From: a virus
Taxonomy: Duplodnaviria > Caudoviricetes
Length of the DNA stretch: 56,702 nucleotides
Reading direction: 5' to 3' (one strand)
IMG/VR virus record: IMGVR_UViG_3300035670_000255
Location: 1 to 56,702 of that record
The notes under the pieces are model-generated. The model saw only the letters and a list, made by a program, of their open reading frames with translations. It had not been told where the DNA came from and did no database searches. The position numbers were made by a program, and so were the translations under genes. Positions 46,801-56,147 of this stretch are shown one piece after another. Positions within the stretch are counted from its first letter, which is position 1, and every line of letters starts with the position of its first letter.

Positions 46801-48715
46801 CTCCACTAGAGCCAGCAGAAGGGTCAAATCCATCGCTGGTTTGAGAGATTGATGTAAAGGCTCTGTATGTATTATTGTCCCCGGGATATACAATAGATGG
46901 TGTATTAACAAAATCTATTTGGTTAAACAACACATTAGTAGCTGGATATTTCTCGTTAAGCGCCTTCCCCTTAGTGAACAGCGACCTAATCATAGAAAGC
47001 GGAGGGAAATTAGCTATTGAATTAACTAAAGAACCAACATTAAAATTATATCCAACCTTTGCAGATAGAGCAGCACTGGTGACACTCATAGTAAACCTTA
47101 AGTACGTAGTCGCTGTACCTGTGTCGTCGGCAATAGAGAGTTGACCAGACCCAGCAAAGAACATCCACTTGTTGGGATTAGTTGTTCCCTGAAGGTCATC
47201 TACATCAGTGATTTTTGTGGCATAATTGTAGTCCGTCACGTCAGAATCAAGGACCAAATTGTAGTTGCCAATAATTGCATCCTTAATCATATCAACGATG
47301 TCAGCCTTTGTAGTCCCAGCTGGCACTTGAATGATTTCAGATATTGATAATGGAGATGCTTTTACTTGAATTCCGCCACTAATACCAGAAGGGCTCTGAA
47401 CGTATTGTTCGACGAGTCCAGCGTAGTCGTGGTCTTCTTGTGTAGCTTTATCAGTCTGTACCCATTGAATATATACCTGACTACCCTCTATAGTAATTCT
47501 ACCTAAATCTAACGAAAACGTTATATTCAGCATAGAATCTTCTGTCGTAATATTTGGAAGCGTTGTTATATCAATATCAAACGCTTTTCTTCTTTCTGTA
47601 TTGATTGGAGCCCCAGTAACAGAAGGGTACGTGACAACCATTCTGTAATCCAATGGCTGCGGAAAGTAGTTTGGCAATACATCAACGTCAGTGCGGATGT
47701 TCTCGTAGCCCTCAGTATACGCACCCATCACAAGTCTGTTCCCTACAATAGTCAGAGACTCAGCAGTTTGCGGTACGTTGTCGTAGATTTTGTTTACCTC
47801 ATCCTGAGAGATAGGCGTGTACAGCTTAGAGTTGTCAAACGTAATTAACTGCGTAGAAGAGTTTGGGTCATTGACAACCGTGGCAATCTCATAGAACGCT
47901 CCGATGTTTCCGTTGCGTGCAATGACAACAATCTCACTTACGTCAGCTACGCTGGTTGGTACGCTAATGGTTAGCGTGTTGTTCTTTAGCTTTTCTTCTT
48001 CTGTGATGATTCCATCAAAGAACTGATTTTGCGCAATTGCAAGCTCAGAGTACGGAGAAATTGCAGAACGCTCTCCATCTTGATAGATGTACTGCGCAGC
48101 AAACTGAAAAGTTGACTCGTAAAGATTGTTTTGCTTTAGCGTTGGGCTCGTAGAAAACACAAACGTAGGCGGTGTCATAGGAGGCTGTTTCGCCACCGTA
48201 AGGCACAACAACTTCTCTGCGTCCGTACCGCTGGTAAAAGCAGCTGGATATAGCCCCAAAAGAGCGCGTGTAACGTTGATTTTCTTCGGAGCGGTAATGC
48301 CCTCAGTAAAGTATAACAAAGTCTCGTCAGAGAGGTTTTTTACAACTGAAGCTCTGATGGTGGCATAGCGCACAAACCCAAGAACAGAATCTCTGTAGAT
48401 AAGCTGTGCCTCGTTTGACGAAGACGAGAAGCGGTAAATAGAATGGTCATCATTAGAGTTCCAAACAAAGAAGTAAATCTCTCCGTCTTGGGTGTTCGCT
48501 AAACTGCCGATAACCTCATTGGTTCCAGCAGGCAGCTCATCACCACTCTTAAATGCTACAGCAGCATTGCCATAAGCATTTTTGATTACACCACCATCAC
48601 CATTGGCATCAGCAGAAATGCGAACGTTTAAAGCGTCCGTCATCTCCACTGTCTTTACCAGTCTTACGTCATCCTCTTTGTTGAGGTAACGAGGAATAAG
48701 CTTATCAATTGCCAT
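43820..48715 (-). CDS. Tail nozzle/stabilisation protein (P22 gp10 / T7 gp12-like role)
   Basis: 1631 aa, beta-rich; LNKEDD.RL......DALNVR N-terminus; follows two ~240-aa tail genes. Confidence 0.75.
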   Translation of the reverse strand: MAIDKLIPRYLNKEDDVRLVKTVEMTDALNVRISADANGDGGVIKNAYGNAAVAFKSGDELPAGTNEVIGSLANTQDGEIYFFVWNSNDDHSIYRFSSSSNEAQLIYRDSVLGFVRYATIRASVVKNLSDETLLYFTEGITAPKKINVTRALLGLYPAAFTSGTDAEKLLCLTVAKQPPMTPPTFVFSTSPTLKQNNLYESTFQFAAQYIYQDGERSAISPYSELAIAQNQFFDGIITEEEKLKNNTLTISVPTSVADVSEIVVIARNGNIGAFYEIATVVNDPNSSTQLITFDNSKLYTPISQDEVNKIYDNVPQTAESLTIVGNRLVMGAYTEGYENIRTDVDVLPNYFPQPLDYRMVVTYPSVTGAPINTERRKAFDIDITTLPNITTEDSMLNITFSLDLGRITIEGSQVYIQWVQTDKATQEDHDYAGLVEQYVQSPSGISGGIQVKASPLSISEIIQVPAGTTKADIVDMIKDAIIGNYNLVLDSDVTDYNYATKITDVDDLQGTTNPNKWMFFAGSGQLSIADDTGTATTYLRFTMSVTSAALSAKVGYNFNVGSLVNSIANFPPLSMIRSLFTKGKALNEKYPATNVLFNQIDFVNTPSIVYPGDNNTYRAFTSISQTSDGFDPSAGSSGDYITRTGDTTFLTLNDDLDNPVLFDSNLLTRGDIDGYGTFKAGATHSFGIVYYDQFNRNGGVQTVSDMYVNWYDNRFVENSLYGRVDSVFRVKHTAPSWAVRWAPVYAPINSIINRFQYSIIRAFTATNLQAKPFAGISSFEEVTYLSLRSLEGKSDSYRESFGADIDYSFQSGDRVRIIQYGFLQRSSIDLEVLGYFDFIDDIDANPILDLTSDENTFNTTGKFIAVRSSELTGWDNYSIITGVDNWKNECVIEVYRQNRPTSEQIFYEIGESFPVVNGVHQGQRTTISPFSVEVVDDSDRNNLEVHSNIIAYKGDILTDGSGRTLIVENVYPEVNGPYNYVFYGATISGSFSATTYTLNITNSSDAVIQFSQGDSYYRPRLLKIGQEAYANNFKILFIEDYSVSDFFASKSTSIGRAHAVIPEAMTTYRQSSVVYSEPYLVGNARLGLSSFNPTLANFKDFEYRYGALKQLIADDDRMYLLQERKAGYVAVGRNVIESSDGGEAITISRNVFSVPNYYLGDYGVNNNPESVSFDRGRVYFADVRAGKVVRISRDGITLISEANMDAFFKENFRYITTLTSRQKVVGGVDNEAEEYILSADIISSAEVDVTNGVSTFNYNVQTNASGNRVIADVEFDDDDLFTFSTEIRNFDTLCDEFEDSLNCIVFLDKLIDGQPAYIGEEFTGQTGVIYGVATNSKYTFFVTIAFDLAQGNFYFTNDCGPYSGTIGTPSGIVNDFTAAFDINDGVWNTLYSYRPEAIACVDDALYTFKNGTMYLHSDAVNRATYYGSAYGSVVEVISSQNNSMVKAYEAMSLEGDAAWAASLSNTDQSTSIASTDFEERERYYYAYIPRDSSANTGSPTITQLSGSSEVFVLGAVAAVGGTSIEFTTPVGAVTFPIGAALYKVSGSTLVSLGITVTGITDATTISCSSTVTGVVNGDTIIALGNGAIEGDQMRDYYLQIRLSNNSTSEVELYAVNAIFSKSNLHNELGQE

Positions 48716-48716
48716 A

Positions 48717-49457
48717 TTAAGCTTTTACGCTTTGCTTGAAGTTCTTTCTTATCGTCTTGAGCGCTTCCTCTTTAGAGAATGCCTTGAGTCTGCTGTTGGC
48801 CAATCTACGCTCATTGTAGTACTCCTGACGAGCACGAGCCTTCTCACCCTGAGGCACGCTAGAGCGGCGCTCAATAAGGTGGTAGTAGATGTACGCACGA
48901 AGAGCCTGTTCAGCGTACACGTGAATCGTGGGGCTTGCAGCCAATGCCTCGTCAGCGATGTACTCTAAGTAAACAGTCGACGTGCCTACATCTGAGGACA
49001 GCTCGAACCTGTTGTTCTGAGAGTCTACTCGATATTGACCAGAATAGTTACCGCCCCCGAGACCATACATACCTCCATTGGTGGTAGCATATACGTATTC
49101 CCTGAAAACATAGGAGTCGTAGTTCTGGTTAAAGTCATCATTGATAACAATAGGGGTTCCCGTAAGGTTAAAGTTCTTGTTTTCTCCGAATACATAGATA
49201 AGTCCATCGCTTCCAATCTTTCCGATTTTAGTGTAGTCAACGTAGTCAGCAGGAAAAGCAACAGTATTGGTCGACGGGTCAACGTTCAACGTAGTAGCCT
49301 TAATGCGCTTTAACACATCAAAACCCATCTCACGGATTCCACGCAAAGCAAAGTTCTTGACCATAACCTCAGACGCATTGTTTGCGTAGTCATCGTGGTC
49401 AATGGACAGCATAAAGTCAGTGATGACCTGCTCGAGCGATACGGTATCTTGTGCCAT
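48717..49457 (-). CDS. Tail tubular/ring protein
   Basis: FPADYVDYTKIG motif; position in the tail module. Confidence 0.7.
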   Translation of the reverse strand: MAQDTVSLEQVITDFMLSIDHDDYANNASEVMVKNFALRGIREMGFDVLKRIKATTLNVDPSTNTVAFPADYVDYTKIGKIGSDGLIYVFGENKNFNLTGTPIVINDDFNQNYDSYVFREYVYATTNGGMYGLGGGNYSGQYRVDSQNNRFELSSDVGTSTVYLEYIADEALAASPTIHVYAEQALRAYIYYHLIERRSSVPQGEKARARQEYYNERRLANSRLKAFSKEEALKTIRKNFKQSVKA

Positions 49458-50173
49458 TAAATACTAGGTTTTTGTTCGGCCTGAGCGTAGGCGTACACAT
49501 CTTGGTCTCTGAGGTTTACGCCAATCATCTTAGCCACCTCTACAACAAGCTCCGCAAAGTAATGCTCTGGAAGCTCAAAGTCAACGCTGTTCGCCGCGCT
49601 GTACACTTCCTTTCCCGCAACAACCGTATAGCCAAAGCGTGGCTGAGAGGCTGTTCTTGCTCCCGTAGAAGGGTTGAGGCCTTCTGGTTGCTTGTAGTAG
49701 CGAAGCTTAACTGACGCAATAGAAGTAGGGGCTACCTCAATCTGGTTGGTTAAAAGCGCAGCAGGGAACGAAGCAGTAGGGGCACTAAGGGTGCTACGCA
49801 ATACATTCTCCCAGTTCACCTCATCGTAAACAACTGGGACAGACTTCGATGGAGAAGTTGTGGTATTGATAGAAATAACACGAGCTAAATCGCTTGGCTT
49901 AGCGCCAATGCCAGAAGTCAACGAAACCGTTGCGCTCTTTGAGAAAACTGCCAAGTCTTCCTCAATCTGTTTCATCTTACCCTTGTCTTGCTTAGCATCA
50001 AGAGCTGAGTTGCGTAATCTTTTGGCTAGCGCAGTGCTGTCAAACAGATTATTAAAGATGTTCATCTGGGCTACGCCAGCAAAGTTGTTGAAGACGGCAG
50101 GCGTAATAAACCCTCTTTGGTCCTTATTGGCCAAGTCCTTGAGTGCTGAATATACGCGGTTTACACTTGCCAT
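49457..50173 (-). CDS. Tail tubular/head-tail adaptor protein
   Basis: Start MASVNRVY..L..LANKDQRGFITP..FN; DFELPEH motif. Confidence 0.7.
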   Translation of the reverse strand: MASVNRVYSALKDLANKDQRGFITPAVFNNFAGVAQMNIFNNLFDSTALAKRLRNSALDAKQDKGKMKQIEEDLAVFSKSATVSLTSGIGAKPSDLARVISINTTTSPSKSVPVVYDEVNWENVLRSTLSAPTASFPAALLTNQIEVAPTSIASVKLRYYKQPEGLNPSTGARTASQPRFGYTVVAGKEVYSAANSVDFELPEHYFAELVVEVAKMIGVNLRDQDVYAYAQAEQKPSI

Positions 50174-50192
50174 TATTATTCTGAGTTTAATG

Positions 50193-50231
50193 CAAATATA
50201 AACCAAATAATAAGGGGGCCTAAGCCCCCTT
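50193..50231 (-). terminator. Terminator hairpin (AGGGGGC-TTAG-GCCCCCT) followed by -7 box TATATTTG (50193-50200)
   Basis: Perfect stem 50213-50230 with a T-rich tail on the minus strand. Confidence 0.7.
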
Positions 50232-50252
50232 ACCAACCTAATCCATCCATTA

Positions 50253-51080
50253 TCACAGCTTACTCAATGTATCCTGCAATTCGTTGAACAAGATAGAACC
50301 TTTTTCGCTAAGACAAAAACGTGTCATAACTTCAATTGTATCCTGTCCCGCTGGAGTTGACACAATCAAACGACCGCTGTCAAACCAGTACATACCGTCT
50401 TCCTTATCCTTTAGGATTTGGTAATCAATAGCTTTCTTCACCGTAGCACGAGCCTTCACCGTAGGATTGTCAAACAGCGAAAGGAAGCGCTGTGGGTTAG
50501 CTTTAGCCTCCAACAGCAACTCACGCTTAATCTCTGCGTTCTTCTGGTTGGTGTCAATGCCCAAGTAGATAGCAACAGGAAGCAAGTCGTCAATAGACTT
50601 ATTGCGGACCATACCGATGGCATCGTGCGTAACAAATTCAATATCTACGTCAATCTGTGCCTTATGCTCGGTATTTACTTCTTCAAAAATTCCGCCACCA
50701 TTCCCGATATTTCCGGGGTGCAACTCTAAGAACTTCAACAATGTTGGATTCTGAGGTGGTACGTAAAGCATACCCTCTTCAAACACTACGTGCTTGCGAA
50801 CAGCTAGTGAGCTTTGCTCATCAGCAAAAACAGAAGGCTCATTCGGGCAATACCGAATCTGTCGGTTTGTATTAGTCTTAGGGTCGTAGATAACAGCCTC
50901 AGACTTAATTGTATAAATAATTCCACCGCCTTGAGGGATGTGAAAAATCTTACCCTTGAGCTGCTGCTCTTGGGGCTTGGCTTTTGGGAATTCGCGCTTT
51001 GGCGCTGGAGCAGCAACAACTTCTGCTGTCATATCTAACTCGAAAGAGTCAGCTGCTGGGTTTACACGTGGACGTGCCAT
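50253..51080 (-). CDS. Conserved capsid-adjacent hypothetical protein
   Basis: IRYCPNEPSVFADEQ...FEEGMLYVP...L.KFLELHP; follows the major capsid gene. Confidence 0.7.
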   Translation of the reverse strand: MARPRVNPAADSFELDMTAEVVAAPAPKREFPKAKPQEQQLKGKIFHIPQGGGIIYTIKSEAVIYDPKTNTNRQIRYCPNEPSVFADEQSSLAVRKHVVFEEGMLYVPPQNPTLLKFLELHPGNIGNGGGIFEEVNTEHKAQIDVDIEFVTHDAIGMVRNKSIDDLLPVAIYLGIDTNQKNAEIKRELLLEAKANPQRFLSLFDNPTVKARATVKKAIDYQILKDKEDGMYWFDSGRLIVSTPAGQDTIEVMTRFCLSEKGSILFNELQDTLSKL

Positions 51081-51111
51081 AGTTAAAAGAATTTAATGTT
51101 ATTAAACATTG

Positions 51112-51160
51112 CAAATTTATATGTTAAAACAATATAATAAAAAAGGGGCCCGAAGGCCCC
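51112..51160 (-). terminator. Intrinsic terminator after capsid gene (GGGGCC-TTCG-GGCCCC-T6) and downstream -7 box TAAATTTG (51112-51119)
   Basis: UUCG tetraloop hairpin with U-tract. Confidence 0.85.
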
Positions 51161-51183
51161 CACTTTATAACCTAACTCATTGA

Positions 51184-52602
51184 TTATGAGCGTAGGAGCA
51201 CGTGCTGGTTGGCTGCACGAGTTACAAGAGCGCACTCAGAACGGTAGTTGAACTGAAGAGCGTCAGTGTTGGTGTTGGTTACTCCAAGGATAGAACCCGT
51301 CATCCAGTGCTCCATCTCACGGCTGTAGCCGTTGGTAGCCTTGTAGTTGAGTTCCAAAGCAGGAGACTTATCACCAGTCTTCGGGTCAGCAATGCGTGAC
51401 AACGGAATCATTACGCCTTGGAAAGCACTTCCAGCCAACAACGTTGGGTCGTTGAGGAGCTTCCAGCTGTGCTTGTGGAAGGTGTAAGAACCGCGTACAA
51501 ACGAAGAGAAGCCAAGCTTCACCATATCGTCAGCATTAGCGAACTGTCCGAACTGAGTGGTAACACCAGCGGTGATGTTAGCAGCAGTAGACGTTCCGTT
51601 AGCAATCATATCGTCGATGGCGAGGTCTTGCAGACGGTTTACGTACATAGCGTACTCAGGCATAGCGCCTTGCTTGTCAAGAGCGGTGATGATAGCATCA
51701 AGCTCGTCAAGAGTAGCGATAGCAGCAGTAGTAGTAGAACCAGAGTTGGTAACGATACCACGGTTAGCAATAGCTGAGAAGTAGCCTTCTGAACCAGAGA
51801 TGCTACCAAGAGCAGTCAGGCCAGTGTTAGATACTTGCTCGCCGAGCAACATCATCATCTCACGCTTGTCGAGGAAGCGCTGACGAGTGTCGTTCTCAGA
51901 CTTGATGAACCAGCGGTAGTCGCCGTTGCCCAAGTTAACCCAGCCGATGTTGGTAGCTTGTGAACCAGTAACCTTGTATACTTCTTTGAGAATCATATAA
52001 GGGTTGGTACGCTTAACAACGTTTGACTCGAGGTAGCCAGTGTTCTGGTCAGTTCCCTGAGCGAACAAGTTACCTACGATTGGGAAGTTAGCAGCAGCAG
52101 CGGCAGCAGAAGCGCTCATACCTCCAGAAGTCAAAGCAACAGCAGTTGCAGCAGCAGTGGCAGTCTGAGAGTATTCACCAGCAGAAACAGCAGTGATGAT
52201 GAAGCGGTCTACACCACCAACCAAAATCACGTCGTTTACGCGGAGGTACTTCTGAGCAGCAGCCTTGGTAGCACCAGTAGCTGAAGTAGCAGCAGAGGCC
52301 ATATTCAATACGAAAGAAGTAGCGCCAGCAGCAACAGTTGCAGAAGGAGTAGCAACTTGAAGCTGGTGCAGACGAGTCTCCTCCCAGTATTGAACCTCAT
52401 CAGCAACACCATTAGCCTTTACAGCGCCAGTGAGTTGAAGGAAGCCAGTGATGCCTTGGTTGCCGTAGGTCTTCACAAGAAGGTCACGGTTGTCGGGCTT
52501 GTTTACCTCGTTGATGAAGTCACCAAGAGATACGTATTTGGTCGGGTCTAACCGACGGAAGCTGTTGGGAGAAAAATCCAACGGCGTATTGGTAGTTGAC
52601 AT
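51184..52602 (-). CDS. Major capsid protein
   Basis: 472 aa, strong codon bias, downstream of the scaffold and followed by a strong terminator; YGNQ.ITGFL...W.E..RLH...SECALVTRAAN. Confidence 0.85.
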   Translation of the reverse strand: MSTTNTPLDFSPNSFRRLDPTKYVSLGDFINEVNKPDNRDLLVKTYGNQGITGFLQLTGAVKANGVADEVQYWEETRLHQLQVATPSATVAAGATSFVLNMASAATSATGATKAAAQKYLRVNDVILVGGVDRFIITAVSAGEYSQTATAAATAVALTSGGMSASAAAAAANFPIVGNLFAQGTDQNTGYLESNVVKRTNPYMILKEVYKVTGSQATNIGWVNLGNGDYRWFIKSENDTRQRFLDKREMMMLLGEQVSNTGLTALGSISGSEGYFSAIANRGIVTNSGSTTTAAIATLDELDAIITALDKQGAMPEYAMYVNRLQDLAIDDMIANGTSTAANITAGVTTQFGQFANADDMVKLGFSSFVRGSYTFHKHSWKLLNDPTLLAGSAFQGVMIPLSRIADPKTGDKSPALELNYKATNGYSREMEHWMTGSILGVTNTNTDALQFNYRSECALVTRAANQHVLLRS

Positions 52603-52616
52603 ATTAAGTCGGGGTT

Positions 52617-53756
52617 TTAGATTTTGATTTTGAGACCGTTGTCACCGTACAGATAGTTGTAAATCTGTTGGGCAACATTGTCAGTACTTTGAGGGGTGGC
52701 GACGCGAGGAGATGAAACATCTATATTCGCAGCCTTATCAACGAGCTTTCGCTGTCCGTCACTCAGGCCCTGCGTGTAAACAGACTTGACAATTTCGTCA
52801 ATGTTGTCTAATACAGCTCTGTGCGCATTCAGCAACTCGAAGTTCCAGCGACCACCATCATCTACGTACTGGTCGAAGAACTGGTCTAACTGAGCATTCT
52901 TCTGCTTCAACTGACCCTTGTAGTCTTCTGTCAATCCGAAGTTAAACTCTTGTCCATTCAAATCGAATGTGAGGGCCTCAAGCTCATCTACTTCTTTGGA
53001 CATCGTGGAAATCCACTCTTGGTCAATCGGGCTTTCGATGTCAGCCTCCTGTCCTTCTTGCCTCACGGGTGCCTTGAAATTCTGACGTAGAGTTTCAATG
53101 CCCTGCTTAGCTTTTTCCGCATCAAGCTTCAATTGGATATTGGAAAGCCTTACTTCATCATCCGAGTAGATACTAGAGTCCAGTTTGTACTTAGCATCCA
53201 CCAAGAGTCCGATTTCTTCGGGCGATAGGCTCGGGTATTCAATTGTCATTTGCAATTTCACCGCATTCAGGTCGTCCATTTCAGACGGATTGATTGACTG
53301 ATACTTAAACCAGTCCAGCGGGTCCCGACCCGTCTCAGCAACGAAGTCGGCAATGACCTTTACCCTTTCGTCGATTGATGGGGTTTTTTGAGCTTCAATA
53401 AGTTGAGTCAGAGCATCAAGGTTGTCAACCGATACGCCGAGCCTTTCACTCACGTATTGGGCAACAGCTGCCTCGAACTCCGCCTCGCTCATCTCTGGCT
53501 CGGGTTCGTTATTAGTTAAAGAACTTTGAGTCTGTCCCGACTCAGGGTTTGCTTGCGGCTCAATGGTAGCTGTGGGCTCTGGTGTGGGCTCAACAGCTGC
53601 AGGTGCAGGTTCTGCTGCGGCTCCAGATAAGTCAATTACTTCTGCGCCTTGAGGAACTTCGAACGTTGGTTCGCTAAGCTGTGTTCCTTCGGGCACTTCT
53701 CCGCTAGTGACTTCAAAACCCATTGCTCCAAGAGCATCTTCAATTTCTTTTGACAT
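52617..53756 (-). CDS. Capsid scaffolding protein
   Basis: Very acidic, P/E-rich N-terminus, directly upstream of the capsid gene; promoter box TAACTTTG at 53782-53789. Confidence 0.7.
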   Translation of the reverse strand: MSKEIEDALGAMGFEVTSGEVPEGTQLSEPTFEVPQGAEVIDLSGAAAEPAPAAVEPTPEPTATIEPQANPESGQTQSSLTNNEPEPEMSEAEFEAAVAQYVSERLGVSVDNLDALTQLIEAQKTPSIDERVKVIADFVAETGRDPLDWFKYQSINPSEMDDLNAVKLQMTIEYPSLSPEEIGLLVDAKYKLDSSIYSDDEVRLSNIQLKLDAEKAKQGIETLRQNFKAPVRQEGQEADIESPIDQEWISTMSKEVDELEALTFDLNGQEFNFGLTEDYKGQLKQKNAQLDQFFDQYVDDGGRWNFELLNAHRAVLDNIDEIVKSVYTQGLSDGQRKLVDKAANIDVSSPRVATPQSTDNVAQQIYNYLYGDNGLKIKI

Positions 53757-53831
53757 AGTATTAAATTTTGATTATACGTAGCAAAGTTAAATAAAATAAC
53801 CTATGCTATTTTCTAACCACTTAACGTGGCG

Positions 53832-54221
53832 TTACTTACGGAATCTTGCGACCTTAGAGGCAATCTTCTTTGGCTGCGAAACGAACTGTTTTCCTTTAGC
53901 TGTTCCTTCTCTTTTAGCCCTTGTAGTAGCAGCGTATTCTGCTGAAGATAAGGACTTTATGGCTTTTTCTGGTAGGTAGCGTTCACCTGTTTCGCCTGAT
54001 GGCTTACCACTCTTTGTACGCCAGTTTTGCTGGGTCCACTTTGACAGAGATGTCGAACGCTTGGGGCCAACGAAAGAGCCGCCTGCTTTCTTGTATTGCG
54101 AAACTGCTAATTGGGCTTTGCGGGCGCTCCACTCCCCAGAGTCCCCGCCCTTCGAGCCAGCCTTCACTCGGGAAACAATCCTCTTCCACAACTCCGGGTT
54201 CTTCTTTTTTGCTGTTGCCAT
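53832..54221 (-). CDS. Basic DUF5872-like protein
   Basis: GSKGG.SGEWSARKAQL...YKKAGG...SLSKWT.Q.W.TKSGK. Confidence 0.7.
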   Translation of the reverse strand: MATAKKKNPELWKRIVSRVKAGSKGGDSGEWSARKAQLAVSQYKKAGGSFVGPKRSTSLSKWTQQNWRTKSGKPSGETGERYLPEKAIKSLSSAEYAATTRAKREGTAKGKQFVSQPKKIASKVARFRK

Positions 54222-54224
54222 CAC

Positions 54225-54509
54225 CTACCATTTTACTTTGTCAGCCCAATAAGCTGCGCTCATCTTACCTTTAGCGATATTCTTTGCGTGGCGAGCCTTG
54301 AAGCTTGCACGCTTCTTTGCACGAGCTGGTGATGGGTTGCTCTCTGTTACAGTATCAGCACCCTTCTCTCCGAAACGTATAAGGCGAACCTTGTCTCCAA
54401 CCTTAGCTAGTACAATGTGAGACTTCTTAGGGTGTGATGGCGTTGCCTTTGCCTTGTTTACCCCTGCAAGTCCGTGCTTTTTTAGAAGATTTTTTACTCG
54501 ATTGTCCAT
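54225..54509 (-). CDS. Conserved basic phage protein
   Basis: PSHPKKSH.V...LIRFG...SFKARH...SAAYWADKVKW. Confidence 0.7.
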   Translation of the reverse strand: MDNRVKNLLKKHGLAGVNKAKATPSHPKKSHIVLAKVGDKVRLIRFGEKGADTVTESNPSPARAKKRASFKARHAKNIAKGKMSAAYWADKVKW

Positions 54510-54511
54510 CA

Positions 54512-54877
54512 CTAAGGGTTCACTATAACAAACACTCCAAACGCGCTAATGAGGAAGGACACCAGGATGTCCGTCTTGGTCATTGCTTTGAACTTGGGCT
54601 TGACGAGGAGCTGTCGATTGAGTTCAGCAATGATTGAATCTTGCTTAGCCAACTCTTGGCTTGCTTGATGATACTGATGATATTTAAACTTGTAGGCTTC
54701 ATTGTATGCTTTTATTGTGGAGTCCATAGAAAGGTAGCGGTTGTTGATTGCAACCGCCTGACGCTTGGTCATCACAACGACAGTGTCGTTATTTTCTACT
54801 CGTTGAATCGGGTACGCCGATTGCGAGTACATCGAAATGCTGAGCAACAGACTCAGACTTAATAGCGACGATTTCAT
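54512..54877 (-). CDS. Secreted/membrane coiled-coil protein (lysis-associated candidate)
   Basis: Signal peptide, coiled coil, C-terminal TM; overlaps the upstream gene by 89 nt. Confidence 0.55.
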   Translation of the reverse strand: MKSSLLSLSLLLSISMYSQSAYPIQRVENNDTVVVMTKRQAVAINNRYLSMDSTIKAYNEAYKFKYHQYHQASQELAKQDSIIAELNRQLLVKPKFKAMTKTDILVSFLISAFGVFVIVNP

Positions 54878-55136
54878 ACTCCATATGCTTTACTTGTTGA
54901 ACAAGGCTTTCCTTCTCGTCCTTCAGAACTTCGATGGTTTCCTTCATCGTCTCGAACTTATGCTTGACGGCTTTGTTCACCTCCTCAGAGCGCTCCTTAA
55001 GGATTGCCATCTGCTCCTCGCCGTTCTTGATGAGCTCTTGCGTGTCGTCGTATGGTGCTTTCTTTGTTGTCTGCTCCATCCGAGCAACAGCTACTCCTGC
55101 GATGAAGGTTAAAAGAAGTAAGAAGTTGGTCTTCAT
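54789..55136 (-). CDS. N-terminal TM plus coiled-coil protein (i-spanin-like candidate)
   Basis: Hydrophobic N-terminus followed by heptad repeats. Confidence 0.5.
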   Translation of the reverse strand: MKTNFLLLLTFIAGVAVARMEQTTKKAPYDDTQELIKNGEEQMAILKERSEEVNKAVKHKFETMKETIEVLKDEKESLVQQVKHMEYEIVAIKSESVAQHFDVLAIGVPDSTSRK

Positions 55137-55384
55137 TTTGTCATCTCTTTAAGAGTTAGTATGGCGCTAGCGTAGGCAAGTGCGCTGTCTCTCTTTCGCA
55201 GATGCAGGGCTAGTAGCTCTTTGTCGGCCTCTAGCTTTACTACACGAGTATTGCACTGCTCCAGTGATTCGTTCTTGTCTCCGCTTGAGCTCAGGTAAAG
55301 GTATGCAAGTGCACTAATGCACAAGAACATAAGACCCACGATAGGGTTCTTTACAAACTGTTCGTAGGATACGGGTAGCTTCAT
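55133..55384 (-). CDS. Single-TM membrane protein (holin/antiholin candidate)
   Basis: F.KNPI.GL.FL...AL.YLY plus coiled coil. Confidence 0.5.
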   Translation of the reverse strand: MKLPVSYEQFVKNPIVGLMFLCISALAYLYLSSSGDKNESLEQCNTRVVKLEADKELLALHLRKRDSALAYASAILTLKEMTK

Positions 55385-55641
55385 TCTTTCTTCGCGAAGA
55401 TTTTACCTGCTTCGGCAATGCCTAGTGCACCAATGGTGATGATTACGAATGAATTGAAGATGGTGTCTTGGATGACGAGGGGTTGTCCGAGGATTCCGGT
55501 GATGATGTCGGCAGCGGCGAAGATGGCCATAACAGCGAATGACATAAAACCGATTACGGTCTTTTCGTTGTAGTCGTTGCTGTCCTTAAAGATATTGGCA
55601 AAGCCCATAAACTTGCTTTTTACGTAGGTGAAGAGTTTCAT
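55381..55641 (-). CDS. Two-TM membrane protein (holin candidate)
   Basis: Two hydrophobic helices; two possible Met starts; -7 box TAACTTTG at 55671-55678. Confidence 0.55.
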   Translation of the reverse strand: MKLFTYVKSKFMGFANIFKDSNDYNEKTVIGFMSFAVMAIFAAADIITGILGQPLVIQDTIFNSFVIITIGALGIAEAGKIFAKKE

Positions 55642-55682
55642 CTGTTTAAGTGAATGGGTTTGAAGTGGTACAAAGTTAGAGC

Positions 55683-55707
55683 AAAAAGAAAAGCCCCAGA
55701 AGGGGCT
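55683..55707 (-). terminator. Intrinsic terminator (AGCCCC-TTCT-GGGGCT plus T-tract)
   Basis: Stem at 55692-55707 followed by TTTCTTTTT on the minus strand. Confidence 0.75.
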
Positions 55708-55711
55708 CGTC

Positions 55712-56146
55712 TTATAGTGAGTGTTGGTTCACGTTACCGACAAACTCAACGCCTATTGGTAGCTTGTGCTTTGCTCTCATATTGCGTAAGCGCTTTGTGG
55801 TAATACCTAATACATCAACAGCTTCAGATTGGCAGTAGAACATTCCGTTAATCTTGTAGAAGACATTACGAGATGTGTTCCTAGCCTGCTGATAGTTTGA
55901 TGCCCAGCGACAGTTGTCTTTGCTGTATCCCTTGTCGTTGTTTATTCGGTCAAGGGACATACCTTCTGGACGCTCACCCATATCCTCAAGGAACAGCTCA
56001 AAAGAATCCCAACGTGGGTCGTAGGATATACCTTTGTTGTAGTAGCTGTCAACACGATTGCAGGTCGTAGACTTGCATCTCTCACGCATCTTAAGCCAAC
56101 TCTTATAGATTGGAGTTTTTCTCGCTGAGTGTCCGTGTGACTTCAT
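55712..56146 (-). mobile_element. Free-standing HNH homing endonuclease
   Basis: Y.SW..M..RC...W..FE.FL.DMG.RP.G.SLDRINND.GYS..NCRWA...Q..N. Confidence 0.88.
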
Positions 56147-56147
56147 A

